Below are positions 1-8,753 of a stretch of DNA of 64,000 nt, piece after piece (the first letter of the stretch is position 1; each line of letters opens with the position of its first letter). The notes below the pieces were generated by a model. That model did not search any database, had not been told where the DNA came from, and worked only from the letters and a program-made list of their open reading frames with translations. The translations under genes and the position numbers were made by a program. Source of the stretch: an uncultured Chthoniobacter sp. (GTDB lineage: Bacteria > Verrucomicrobiota > Verrucomicrobiia > Chthoniobacterales > Terrimicrobiaceae); contig CAYSKK010000010.1 in NCBI GenBank assembly GCA_964431635.1, positions 80,740-144,739 of the forward strand, written 5' to 3'.

Positions 1-395
1 TGGGGGAGATCTACGGGTTGCTGTTCGTGTCGAGCCGTCCCCTTTCGATGGATGATCTGATCGAGAAACTTCAGATCAGCATGGGAGCGGCCAGCCAGGG
101 GCTGAAGCTGTTGAGATCCGTCGGGGCGGTAAAGGTGGTCTACACGCCGGGAGAGAGGCGGGATCATTATGTGGCCGATCTGGAGCTGAGCAAATTTGCG
201 GCATCGTTCATCAAGGAGGAGTTGAACCCGAGGATGCAGAGGGCATTGGAGCGGATCGAACGCATGGAGAAGGAGGCCCTGCTCATGGAGGAGCCGGAAA
301 AGGCGATCGCATTCCAGCGCATCGAGCGGCTCAAGCACTGGATGGAGCGCGGGCAGAAGATGATGCCGTGGATTTTAAGATTTTTGGTCAGCTAG
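1..395 (+). CDS. GbsR/MarR-like winged-helix transcriptional regulator, 5' end cut by window edge
   Basis: The frame is open from nt 3 (GEIYGLLFVSSRPLSMDDLIEKLQISMGAASQGLKLLRSVGAVKVV...), so the listed TTG at 18 is not the true start. An HTH-plus-wing pattern is followed by a helical tail, as in GbsR-type regulators. Stop TAG 393-395. Confidence 0.55.
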   Translation, partial: GEIYGLLFVSSRPLSMDDLIEKLQISMGAASQGLKLLRSVGAVKVVYTPGERRDHYVADLELSKFAASFIKEELNPRMQRALERIERMEKEALLMEEPEKAIAFQRIERLKHWMERGQKMMPWILRFLVS

Positions 396-417
396 GGCGT
401 CCGATTGACGCCTCCCT

Positions 418-470
418 GTGAAAAACAGGAAAAAAACACGAAAACCTGCATGGACCAGCGGAAAAACCCG
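418..470. promoter_or_regulatory. Helically phased A-tracts (putative curved DNA upstream of gmhA/cluster promoter)
   Basis: A-runs at 421-425 (A5), 430-436 (A7), 441-444 (A4) and 462-466 (A5). Their centres are spaced about 10, 9.5 and 21.5 nt apart inside the 258-nt gap before gmhA. Confidence 0.3.
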
Positions 471-653
471 CTGATGACCAAAGGCGGCAGCCTGCCTTGA
501 GCGCCTGCGGCGCAAATGCGAAATTTGGAATGAGAGGCAAGTGGACGATGCGATCCTGCCCGAAGGGCACTGCTGATCGGGAGGGAAAAGCGGTCGTGAA
601 TCCACAAACAGAAACCATCATGGCGCACCCTTGATCCCGCCCCGACAAAACCA

Positions 654-1259
654 ATGAACAATCATCTCGACTCCATCTACTCGCGAAACCCGGAAGCGTT
701 TGCCGGTAGTTACGTCAGATACCTGCAGTCTCTTCTGGACAAAGTGAACCCGGCGGAAGTCGCCGACTTCATCCGGATCCTGCTGGAAGCTAGGGAGAGA
801 GGAGCCACCGTGTTCTTCATCGGGAACGGAGGCAGCGCCGCGACGGCGAGCCACTTTGCGAACGATCTCGCCATCGGAACCAACGACTATGCGAAGCCGT
901 TCCGGGTGATCAGCCTCGCCAACAACGCCTCCGTCATGACGGCGATCGGAAACGACCACGGGTTTGAAGAGATCTTTGTCCGCCAGCTCAGGGTTCTCGG
1001 GAAAAAGGGCGACATCCTCGTCGGGATCTCCGCATCGGGGAACTCCCCGAATCTGGTCAAGGCGTTTGAGTATGCTTCGTCCGCAGGCATCGAAACTTTC
1101 GCGATCACGGCATTTGATGGCGGACGCCTGAAGCAAATCGCAGGCTCCGGGTTCCACATTCCCACCGGCCCGAAGGAATACGGTCCCGCGGAGGACATTC
1201 ACATGATTCTCGACCATCTGGTCGGAGCCTATCTGATGCGTTTCGTCAAGATTACCTGA
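654..1259 (+). CDS. gmhA: SIS-domain sedoheptulose-7-phosphate isomerase
   Basis: 201-aa ORF. GNGGSAATASHFANDL and ISASGNSPN match the GmhA phosphosugar-binding signatures, and the size is typical. Confidence 0.8.
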   Translation: MNNHLDSIYSRNPEAFAGSYVRYLQSLLDKVNPAEVADFIRILLEARERGATVFFIGNGGSAATASHFANDLAIGTNDYAKPFRVISLANNASVMTAIGNDHGFEEIFVRQLRVLGKKGDILVGISASGNSPNLVKAFEYASSAGIETFAITAFDGGRLKQIAGSGFHIPTGPKEYGPAEDIHMILDHLVGAYLMRFVKIT

Positions 1260-1407
1260 ACGCAGGAATCTCGCCCGCGATTAGTCATCACCACCATTCA
1301 GCATCTGGCACGCCAGCCACCCCGACCCGCCCGTCTTTTGGCGTCCGCGCGGCGCAAACAACCGCAACCGGTGGATTTCAACAAGTTCCTCTCCAGCCAC
1401 TTTCACC

Positions 1408-2265
1408 ATGACACCCTCCACGCGTGACCAGCAATGGACTGCCATCATCACTCCCAAGAAACCCCTTTTGGATTTTCCACTCGGTGAGCTCTGGCAATAC
1501 CGCGACATGATCGCCCTCATGGTCCGTCGCGATATCATCGCGACCTTCAAGCAGACCATACTCGGGCCGGTGTGGTATGTCATACAGCCCATCATTTCCA
1601 GCGTCGTCTTCACTCTGATATTCACGGATATAGGTAGAATTCCTACCGATGGAATTCCTCCGTTCCTATTCTACTTATCGGGAAATCTGATCTGGTATTA
1701 CTTTTCCGCGTGCCTTTCAGGCGCATCCCAGACGTTTCGCGGAAACGCCTCGCTGTTCACCCGGGTCTATTTCCCCCGGCTTGCGGTTCCTATTTCCCAA
1801 TCCTTCGTCAACCTCTGGACCTTTGGCATTCAGGCCGTTATCTTTCTTGGGTTTTACCTCTTTTTCTTGCTGAAAGGAGCAGATATCGGACCGAGCTACC
1901 GTGTCATTATTCTTCCGGTTCTGATCGTGCAGGCTGCCTTGCTTGGGCTGGGTGTGGGGTGCTTGATTTCCGCTTTGACCACCCGATACCGTGATCTCCA
2001 GGTGGCTGTTGCTCCAGGAATCCAACTCTGGATGTATGGAAGTTGCGTATTTTTTCCGCGCTCCATCGTGCCGGAACACCTCCAGTGGATACTTTCCCTG
2101 AATCCTCTCGTCCCCGTAATTGAGACATTTCGATTTGCCATCATGGGCAAGGGTCAGGTCGAGATTTCGCAGTGGGTCCTCAGCATGGTAATGACGCTGA
2201 TTCTTCTCCTCATCGGACTCATCGAATTCGGACGTGCGGAAAAGACAATGGCCGACACCATTTGA
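1408..2265 (+). CDS. wzm: ABC-2 type polysaccharide export permease (Wzm/TagG family), copy 1
   Basis: 285 aa with about six hydrophobic segments. N-terminal ABC-2 pattern LWQYRDMIALMVRRDIIATFKQTILGPVWYVIQP. A Wzt-type ATPase lies downstream. Confidence 0.85.
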   Translation: MTPSTRDQQWTAIITPKKPLLDFPLGELWQYRDMIALMVRRDIIATFKQTILGPVWYVIQPIISSVVFTLIFTDIGRIPTDGIPPFLFYLSGNLIWYYFSACLSGASQTFRGNASLFTRVYFPRLAVPISQSFVNLWTFGIQAVIFLGFYLFFLLKGADIGPSYRVIILPVLIVQAALLGLGVGCLISALTTRYRDLQVAVAPGIQLWMYGSCVFFPRSIVPEHLQWILSLNPLVPVIETFRFAIMGKGQVEISQWVLSMVMTLILLLIGLIEFGRAEKTMADTI

Positions 2266-2422
2266 GCCAGCAAACCATGTCCCATTTTTGTCTCCTCACC
2301 AACTGAAGGCCGAAGAACACCGTCTGCACCACAAGCAGGATCTTTTCTCCTGAAAGCCATAGGAATATACCGCCCGTTCACTGTTTTCCACCCTTGATCT
2401 CTCCTTTCTACGCCATTTTCCG

Positions 2423-3649
2423 ATGTTAGCCATCTCCGTCGAAAACATCTCTAAAGTCTATCGTCTCGGCGAGATCGATCGCAGCCAGTTTTTTGGAGAC
2501 ATCCGGCGTTGGTGCGACCGGATGATCCATCGCTCCGGAAGCCACGGTTCCCCCGAGGCATTCGACGATCCGAGTCAGTTCTGGGCCCTCAACGACGTTT
2601 CCTTCGAAATCAAGGAGGGCGAAACAATCGCGGTGATCGGAAGAAACGGGGCTGGTAAATCGACCCTTCTCAAACTTCTCTCGCGGATCACGGCTCCAAC
2701 ACGCGGCCGCATCCGCCTGAACGGTCGGATCGCCAGCCTTCTCGAAGTGGGAACCGGGTTCCACTATGAATTGACCGGACGCGACAACGTGTATCTGAGC
2801 GGAACAATCATGGGGATGAACCGTCACGAAATCCGGGAAAAATTCGACCAGATCGTGGAGTTCGCCGGACTGGAACAATTCATCGACACTCCCGTCAAGC
2901 GCTACTCAAATGGAATGCTGGTACGCCTTGCCTTTTCCGTTGCCGCCCACCTCGAACCCGAAATCCTGATTCTCGACGAAGTGCTGGCCGTCGGAGACCA
3001 GCAGTTCCACAACCAGTGCATCGACCGGATCCACGAAATCGTCAAAGACGGAAGAACCATCCTCCTTGTCAGTCACAACATGTCCTATGTCCGTCGTCTC
3101 AGCAACCGGACACTGTGGATGCAAAAAGGCCGGCTGCTTGAGTTCGGTCCCACGGAGGAGGTCATCAACCGTTATGAGGCCTCCTCGACTGCAATGGGTA
3201 AGGGACGCCGAACCGGAGAAGGAGAACGGCGCGCCACGATCTCCTCCTGGAAGCTCGCGGAGGGAATGGCGGGCGAGCCGAATGTGCTGGCCCGTCCGGG
3301 AGCAACCTGTGCATTTGAGTTTATGGTTCAAGCCGCGGAGGCCCTCAACAATTGCCGCTTTGAGATGCGCATCAGTGACCCCGACGATATCCCTGTGTAT
3401 GTCGCGATCGACAAGTTTCCCGGGATGCCGGTTGGTTCCTCCAGTCTGGTTGTCTCGTTGCCATCGCTCCCTCTTCATCCCGGCCAGTATCGCCTTGAAG
3501 TGCGGCTTTTCCAAAGGCACGAGGAGGTGGATCGATGGACATGCGATCCGCTTTTTGCGGTTGCCGACGGGGGACTTTCCCACCTTCATCCCGGCGGGGG
3601 TCTCCTCATGCTTGATCACTCTTTTCAGATTTTCCCTCGGGGCAAATGA
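2423..3649 (+). CDS. wzt: Polysaccharide export ABC ATPase (Wzt/TagH family) with C-terminal extension, copy 1
   Basis: Walker [10 protein letters not shown], signature YSNGMLVRLAF, Walker [13 protein letters not shown]. About 160 residues extend beyond the ATPase core. The stop overlaps the next start (ATGA at 3646-3649). Confidence 0.88.
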   Translation: MLAISVENISKVYRLGEIDRSQFFGDIRRWCDRMIHRSGSHGSPEAFDDPSQFWALNDVSFEIKEGETIAVIGRNGAGKSTLLKLLSRITAPTRGRIRLNGRIASLLEVGTGFHYELTGRDNVYLSGTIMGMNRHEIREKFDQIVEFAGLEQFIDTPVKRYSNGMLVRLAFSVAAHLEPEILILDEVLAVGDQQFHNQCIDRIHEIVKDGRTILLVSHNMSYVRRLSNRTLWMQKGRLLEFGPTEEVINRYEASSTAMGKGRRTGEGERRATISSWKLAEGMAGEPNVLARPGATCAFEFMVQAAEALNNCRFEMRISDPDDIPVYVAIDKFPGMPVGSSSLVVSLPSLPLHPGQYRLEVRLFQRHEEVDRWTCDPLFAVADGGLSHLHPGGGLLMLDHSFQIFPRGK

Positions 3650-4683
3650 GTAAAAATTCCATGTCATCACCCGCTGAACATCATCTCCCACCACGGAAAT
3701 GGCTTGTGACCGGTGCCGCCGGGTTCATCGGTTCGCATCTTGTCGAGGAACTGCTTCGGCAGGGGAAAATGGTGACTGGATTTGACAATTTGAGCACGGG
3801 AAAACCGGCCAACCTTGACGAAGTCAGACTTCGCTTGGGAAAGGAAGCCTGGTCCCGTTTTGAGTGGGTTGAAGGGGACATCGAAAATCTTGGGTCCATA
3901 TCCCGGGCAGCGGACCAGTGCGATGTGATCCTGCATGAAGCCGCACTGGGATCAGTCCCGCTTTCGCTGGAAAGACCACTGCAAACCCATGCTTCGAATG
4001 CCACGGGGTTCATTCATGTGTTGGAGGCCGCGCGCGCGCATGGAATCCGCCGGATCGTGTATGCTTCGAGCAGCGCTGTCTATGGCGACTGCCCTGAGCT
4101 GCCCCTCCGGGAGCAATCTGCCGGAGCCGTCCTCTCTCCCTACGCCGCCAGCAAGTTGATCGACGAGATCTATGCCCGGACCTACGCCGCCGCCTACGGC
4201 ATGGAGTTGGTCGGCTTGAGATATTTCAATGTGTTCGGCCCTCGCCAGGATCCAAACGGAGCCTATGCTGCGGTCATTCCGAGGTGGATCCAGGCCCTGC
4301 TCGACGGAACCGGGATCATCATGAACGGCAACGGGGAAAACACCCGCGACTTTTGCTTCGTGCAGGATGTCGTCCGGGCTAATCTCCTCGCCGCCACCAG
4401 CCCGATCGCTCCGGGAACCGCCCTCGCACTCAACGTTGGCGGCGGCCGCCGCATCAGTCTCGTCGAACTCTTCGACATTCTGGAGGGCCACTTCCGACAG
4501 CCGGGCAGCGTGCCACTTCGTCCGACGCACGGGCCGGCGCGCCCCGGGGATATCCTCCACAGCATGGCCGACATCACCGCAGCAGAAACCGCCATCGGAT
4601 TCCGCGCGGAGCATGCGCTTGAACCCTCGCTCAAGGAGACCTTCAATTGGTTTGCCGCACATCACGCAAAAACCCGAGTCTGA
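3646..4683 (+). CDS. Extended-SDR NAD-dependent nucleotide-sugar 4-epimerase (WbpP/TviC-like)
   Basis: Rossmann motif GAAGFIGSHL, SSSAVYG, catalytic YAASK, RYFNVFGPRQ. The overall pattern matches UDP-HexNAc(A) 4-epimerases, but the substrate cannot be decided by eye. Confidence 0.8.
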   Translation: MSKNSMSSPAEHHLPPRKWLVTGAAGFIGSHLVEELLRQGKMVTGFDNLSTGKPANLDEVRLRLGKEAWSRFEWVEGDIENLGSISRAADQCDVILHEAALGSVPLSLERPLQTHASNATGFIHVLEAARAHGIRRIVYASSSAVYGDCPELPLREQSAGAVLSPYAASKLIDEIYARTYAAAYGMELVGLRYFNVFGPRQDPNGAYAAVIPRWIQALLDGTGIIMNGNGENTRDFCFVQDVVRANLLAATSPIAPGTALALNVGGGRRISLVELFDILEGHFRQPGSVPLRPTHGPARPGDILHSMADITAAETAIGFRAEHALEPSLKETFNWFAAHHAKTRV

Positions 4684-4820
4684 TCCCGACTTTGAAATTT
4701 GAAATGAGGAATTGGTTAATCGCTGCTGGTTGTTTATTCCTGTTCCGTAGTTCCTGATTTCCGCTTTCTCACTTCCGTCTTTCGCTCCCATTTCCCCATT
4801 CCAAATTTCGAATTTTTCAA
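4684..4820. promoter_or_regulatory. AT/CT-rich inter-operon spacer, probable internal promoter/leader for wzm-2
   Basis: 137-nt non-coding gap. TTTGAAATTTGAAAT (4691-4705) and AAATTTCGAATTTTTCAAA (4803-4821) flank a pyrimidine-rich tract carrying seven TTCC motifs (starts 4737, 4743, 4751, 4759, 4773, 4792, 4799). Confidence 0.3.
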
Positions 4821-5639
4821 ATGACCGTCACCCGCATTGAACCAAAGTCGAAACTGTCTCTCTTTGAGTGGAGGGAGATTCTTGAGTTTCGCGATCTCCT
4901 CTACTTCCTCTCTCTTCGGGACATCCAGCTCCGCTACAAGCAGACCGCCCTCGGGATTGTTTGGGTGATTCTCCAGCCGCTTGTCCCTGCAATCATTTTT
5001 GCCGTCCTCTTCGGAAACTTCGCAAGGCTGCCCAGCAATGGACAACCATACCTTCTGCTGGTCCTTTGCGGACAGATTCCTTGGAACATCTTCAATAGTT
5101 CCCTCGGGCGGGCGGGCGGAAGCCTGGTCGGAAACGCAAACCTTCTGTCGAAGGTGTATTTCCCACGGATCTTGGTACCGGTGGCCTCCCTAGGGTCCGT
5201 GGTTGTGGATGCCCTCGTCAGCCTCGGCGTCCTCGCCATCCTTCTGCTCGTCTTTCAGATTGCACCCGGGTGGCACCTGCTGGCCGCCCCCCTGTTCCTG
5301 GGAGCCTCGTTTATAATGGCCCTCGGAACCAGCCTCGTGGTTTCCTCTCTCAGCGTTTACTACCGCGACTTCAGTTTTGTCGTTCCGTTCGTCCTCCAAG
5401 CATGGAACTATATCAGTCCCGTTGCCTACTCGTCCGAATTGATTCCGGACAAATGGCGCTGGCTCTACATCCTCAACCCCTGCGTTGGGTTTATTGAGGG
5501 ATTCCGGTGGGCTGTCCTCGGTTCTTCCGCCTTCTCATCCGACATGCTGGTCTCGCTGGCTGTCGCTTCGACTACCGTCCTCGTCCTCGGCACCCTGATT
5601 TTCCGGAATATCGAACGCGGCTTCGCAGACATCGTATGA
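4821..5639 (+). CDS. wzm: ABC-2 type polysaccharide export permease (Wzm family), copy 2
   Basis: 272 aa. LEFRDLLYFLSLRDIQLRYKQTALGIVWVILQP plus six hydrophobic stretches. Paralog of 1408-2265. Confidence 0.85.
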   Translation: MTVTRIEPKSKLSLFEWREILEFRDLLYFLSLRDIQLRYKQTALGIVWVILQPLVPAIIFAVLFGNFARLPSNGQPYLLLVLCGQIPWNIFNSSLGRAGGSLVGNANLLSKVYFPRILVPVASLGSVVVDALVSLGVLAILLLVFQIAPGWHLLAAPLFLGASFIMALGTSLVVSSLSVYYRDFSFVVPFVLQAWNYISPVAYSSELIPDKWRWLYILNPCVGFIEGFRWAVLGSSAFSSDMLVSLAVASTTVLVLGTLIFRNIERGFADIV

Positions 5640-6868
5640 GTAAGGATTCTGCCATAACTGTCCGAGGTCTCGGAAAGTCATACATCCTCCGGCATCAGGC
5701 CGCCATGACGTTCAGCGGTCTTCGCGGACTGCTTGGCAAACGAACGGCTTCCGAGACCCGTGAAACCTTCTGGGCGCTCAAGGACGTCTCGTTCGATGTG
5801 CAACGCGGGCAGGTCTTCGGCATCATCGGCCGCAACGGCGCCGGCAAGAGCACCCTCCTCAAGATTCTCTCCCGCATCACCGAACCGACTACTGGCTATG
5901 CAGACATCCATGGTCGCGTCGGATCGCTCCTCGAGGTTGGCACCGGATTCCATCCGGAACTCACCGGGCGCGAAAATATCTACCTCAACGGCACACTTCT
6001 CGGGATGAGGAAGCGGGAAATCGACAAAATCTTCGATGAAATCGTTGCCTTCTCCGAAGTCGAAAAGTTCCTCGACACCCCGGTCAAACGCTACTCATCC
6101 GGAATGTATGTCCGTCTTGCCTTCGCCGTCGCTGCCCATTTGGAACCCGACATTTTGATCATCGACGAAGTCCTCGCCGTCGGAGATTTCCGATTTCAGC
6201 AGAAATGCATGGGCAAAATGAAGAATGTCACGGAAAAGGGGAGAACGGTGCTTTTTGTCAGCCACAACCTTACTGTGATCAATAGTCTGTGCGACCGCTG
6301 TCTTCTGCTGGACGGAGGAATGGTTGAAGCCATCGGCCCTACCGAGGACATTACCAAACTTTATTTCGGAAGCAGCCATCAACAAGGAGGAGCCAATGTC
6401 AACTACCTGGATGATGCGATTGGTGATCAGGTGGCAGTCCTTCATTCCGCGCAAATTATTAATCCATCGCATCAGAGCATAGATTTTGTGCAAATTGACA
6501 AACCTTTTGGAGTGAAAATGACCTTTGAGGTTAGGGTAGGCGGCTACAAGCTCATTCCCAACTTCCATGTTTACACACAAGGCCAGTGCGCTTTTATTAG
6601 CGCTCCGCTTCAAGAAAAACCCTTTGTTCCCGGTGTATATGACGCCATCATGTGGGTGCCAGGACGCTTTTTGAATGAAGGAACTTATCTTATCAATCTC
6701 GGAGTAAGCAGCGTGAATCCTCAGAGAGCTCACTTTCGAGAGGACAAGAAATTCTTTTTCCAAGTTATCGAGGATATCTATGACAAACACCGCAACGGTT
6801 ACGTTCAGAGTATCCCCGGAGTTGTTCGTCCACTCATGCAGTGGGATGTAGAGCCGATTCAGCAGTGA
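5636..6868 (+). CDS. wzt: Polysaccharide export ABC ATPase (Wzt family) with AT-rich C-terminal domain, copy 2
   Basis: Start set at ATG 5636 (ATGA overlap with the wzm-2 stop); the 5507 start in the ORF track runs through wzm-2. Walker [33 protein letters not shown]. The C-terminal domain of about 165 aa is unrelated to that of copy 1. Confidence 0.88.
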   Translation: MSKDSAITVRGLGKSYILRHQAAMTFSGLRGLLGKRTASETRETFWALKDVSFDVQRGQVFGIIGRNGAGKSTLLKILSRITEPTTGYADIHGRVGSLLEVGTGFHPELTGRENIYLNGTLLGMRKREIDKIFDEIVAFSEVEKFLDTPVKRYSSGMYVRLAFAVAAHLEPDILIIDEVLAVGDFRFQQKCMGKMKNVTEKGRTVLFVSHNLTVINSLCDRCLLLDGGMVEAIGPTEDITKLYFGSSHQQGGANVNYLDDAIGDQVAVLHSAQIINPSHQSIDFVQIDKPFGVKMTFEVRVGGYKLIPNFHVYTQGQCAFISAPLQEKPFVPGVYDAIMWVPGRFLNEGTYLINLGVSSVNPQRAHFREDKKFFFQVIEDIYDKHRNGYVQSIPGVVRPLMQWDVEPIQQ

Positions 6869-6908
6869 TCTTCTCCCAACCAAACGTCCGAATGTGTTCT
6901 CATCACAA

Positions 6909-7676
6909 ATGAAAGCTGTCATACTGGCAGGTGGATTGGGAACCCGAATCAGCGAGGAAACCAGCCTCAAGCCCAAACCCATGGTGGAAATTGGGGGCAG
7001 GCCGATTCTCTGGCATGTGATGAAAATCTACTCCGCGCAGGGTATCCGCGATTTCATCATCTGCGTGGGTTACAAAGGTTATGTCATCAAGGAGTATTTT
7101 GCGAACTACTTCCTTCACATGTCTGATGTGACATTCGACATGGAAAACAACTCCATGGAAGTCCATCAGAAGCATGCGGAACCCTGGCGGGTCACCATCG
7201 TGGACACCGGGGAACAAACCCTCACAGGCGGACGCCTGCGCAGGGTGAGTGACTATGTCAAGAACGAGGCTTTCTGCTTTACTTACGGAGACGGCCTTGC
7301 CGACGTGAATATCCCGGCTGTGATTGATCAGCACACTCGCGCAGGAAACCTTGTTACATTGACAGCGGTCCAGCCACCTGGCAGATATGGAGCCTTGGAA
7401 CTCGATGGGGAGTCGGTGCTTCGATTCCGCGAAAAACCCGAGGGGGATGGCGGTTGGATCAACGGTGGTTTTTTTGTCGTATCCCCGGAAGCGATCGGTC
7501 GCATTGCAGCTGACGATTGCAGTTGGGAAGGAGAGATCCTGCCGACCGTGGCCGAAATCGGAAAACTCGGCGCATTTTTTCATCGTGGCTTTTGGCAGCC
7601 AATGGATACACTCCGCGAAAAGAACTATTTGGAGGAGCTTTGGGCCAGCGGAGACGCTCCGTGGAAGATCTGGTGA
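6909..7676 (+). CDS. rfbF: Glucose-1-phosphate cytidylyltransferase
   Basis: [42 protein letters not shown]... is a near-textbook RfbF N-terminus. 255 aa from ATG 6909 (the listed 6894 ATG is also possible). Confidence 0.9.
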   Translation: MKAVILAGGLGTRISEETSLKPKPMVEIGGRPILWHVMKIYSAQGIRDFIICVGYKGYVIKEYFANYFLHMSDVTFDMENNSMEVHQKHAEPWRVTIVDTGEQTLTGGRLRRVSDYVKNEAFCFTYGDGLADVNIPAVIDQHTRAGNLVTLTAVQPPGRYGALELDGESVLRFREKPEGDGGWINGGFFVVSPEAIGRIAADDCSWEGEILPTVAEIGKLGAFFHRGFWQPMDTLREKNYLEELWASGDAPWKIW

Positions 7677-7683
7677 TTTGGGA

Positions 7684-8739
7684 ATGAACGATTCCTTTTG
7701 GAAAAATCGACGGGTTCTTGTGACAGGACACACGGGATTCAAGGGCGGCTGGCTGTGCCTTGTCCTGAAATCCCTTGGGGCGGATGTCTGCGGGGTGGCG
7801 CTTGAACCGGAGAGCCATCCGTCCTTTTTCGAAGTCGCCGGTGTCGCCAGGGACATCTCTTCCGTGCTGCAAGACATTCGCGAACTGTCTCCTCTGGAGG
7901 CGGTCTTTCGGCGAGTCAACCCCCAGATCATTTTTCATCTTGCCGCCCAGCCTCTCGTGCGCGCTTCCTACTTGGATCCGGTTGGAACCTATGCAACGAA
8001 TGTGATGGGCACGGTCCACGTGCTTGAGGCGGCCCGTTCCCTGCCTTGTCTTCAGTCTGTAATCGTTGTCACCAGTGACAAGTGTTATGAGAACCACGAA
8101 TGGGAATGGGGTTACAGGGAGACTGATCCCGTTGGCGGGTTCGATCCCTATTCCAGCAGCAAGGGATGCGCGGAACTTGTTGCCGCGGCTTGGGCTAGGT
8201 CATTTTTCAACAACGAACGATCGCCGCGGCTGGCCACGGCCCGCGCGGGCAATGTGATCGGAGGCGGGGACTGGGCGGCGGATCGTCTCGTTCCCGACGC
8301 CATCCGTGCGTTTTCATTGGGGGACACGCTTCGTATTCGATATCCCGCCGCGATCCGTCCCTGGCAGCATGTTCTGGAGCCGATCTGCGGATATGTCATG
8401 CTCGCCGAGCACATCATTTCCGAGCGCCCGGGTTTTGCCGGAGGCTGGAATTTCGGCCCCTGTGACAACGCTGTTCAAACTGTCAGGGAGATTGTGGAAA
8501 AAATTTCCCGGCTTTGGGGCGATGGCGCGGAATATACTGTTGACGGAGCTGCCCACCCCCATGAAGCCGGATTTCTGAAGCTCGACTGCTCCAAGGCGGC
8601 CAGGCGCCTTGGCTGGCGTCCCCGGCTTGATTTGGACACGGCCTTGGAATGGACTGTGGCTTGGCATCGGGCCATGTCCTCCGCCGAGGACATGCATCAT
8701 TTCACTTTGAGGCAAGTGTCCGACTATTTCGCAAAATAA
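7684..8739 (+). CDS. rfbG: CDP-glucose 4,6-dehydratase
   Basis: Start ATG 7684; the longer listed ORF overlaps rfbF. VTGHTGFKGGWL Rossmann motif and YSSSKGCAE catalytic region. 351 aa, directly after rfbF. Confidence 0.88.
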   Translation: MNDSFWKNRRVLVTGHTGFKGGWLCLVLKSLGADVCGVALEPESHPSFFEVAGVARDISSVLQDIRELSPLEAVFRRVNPQIIFHLAAQPLVRASYLDPVGTYATNVMGTVHVLEAARSLPCLQSVIVVTSDKCYENHEWEWGYRETDPVGGFDPYSSSKGCAELVAAAWARSFFNNERSPRLATARAGNVIGGGDWAADRLVPDAIRAFSLGDTLRIRYPAAIRPWQHVLEPICGYVMLAEHIISERPGFAGGWNFGPCDNAVQTVREIVEKISRLWGDGAEYTVDGAAHPHEAGFLKLDCSKAARRLGWRPRLDLDTALEWTVAWHRAMSSAEDMHHFTLRQVSDYFAK

Positions 8740-8753
8740 GAAACGTCTTGCGT

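Noticed and set aside
396-412. Hairpin GGCGTC-CGATT-GACGCC after the regulator stop, considered as a terminator
   Set aside because: The stem is only 6 bp, and it is followed by an A-rich rather than T-rich sequence. That is too weak to call.
375-661. Three small - strand ORFs (76-89 aa) in the regulator-gmhA gap
   Set aside because: They overlap one another in different frames, have low-complexity translations and no motif. The region is treated as non-coding.
5507-5635. N-terminal extension of wzt-2 in the ORF track
   Set aside because: The extension overlaps wzm-2 in another frame. The conserved Wzt N-terminus begins at ATG 5636, in an ATGA overlap.
7387-7683. N-terminal extension of rfbG
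   Set aside because: It overlaps rfbF. The Rossmann motif follows ATG 7684 at the normal distance.
6095-7931. Two long - strand ORFs (6095-6982, 6903-7931)
   Set aside because: They lie antisense to wzt-2, rfbF and rfbG, all of which have textbook motifs on the + strand.
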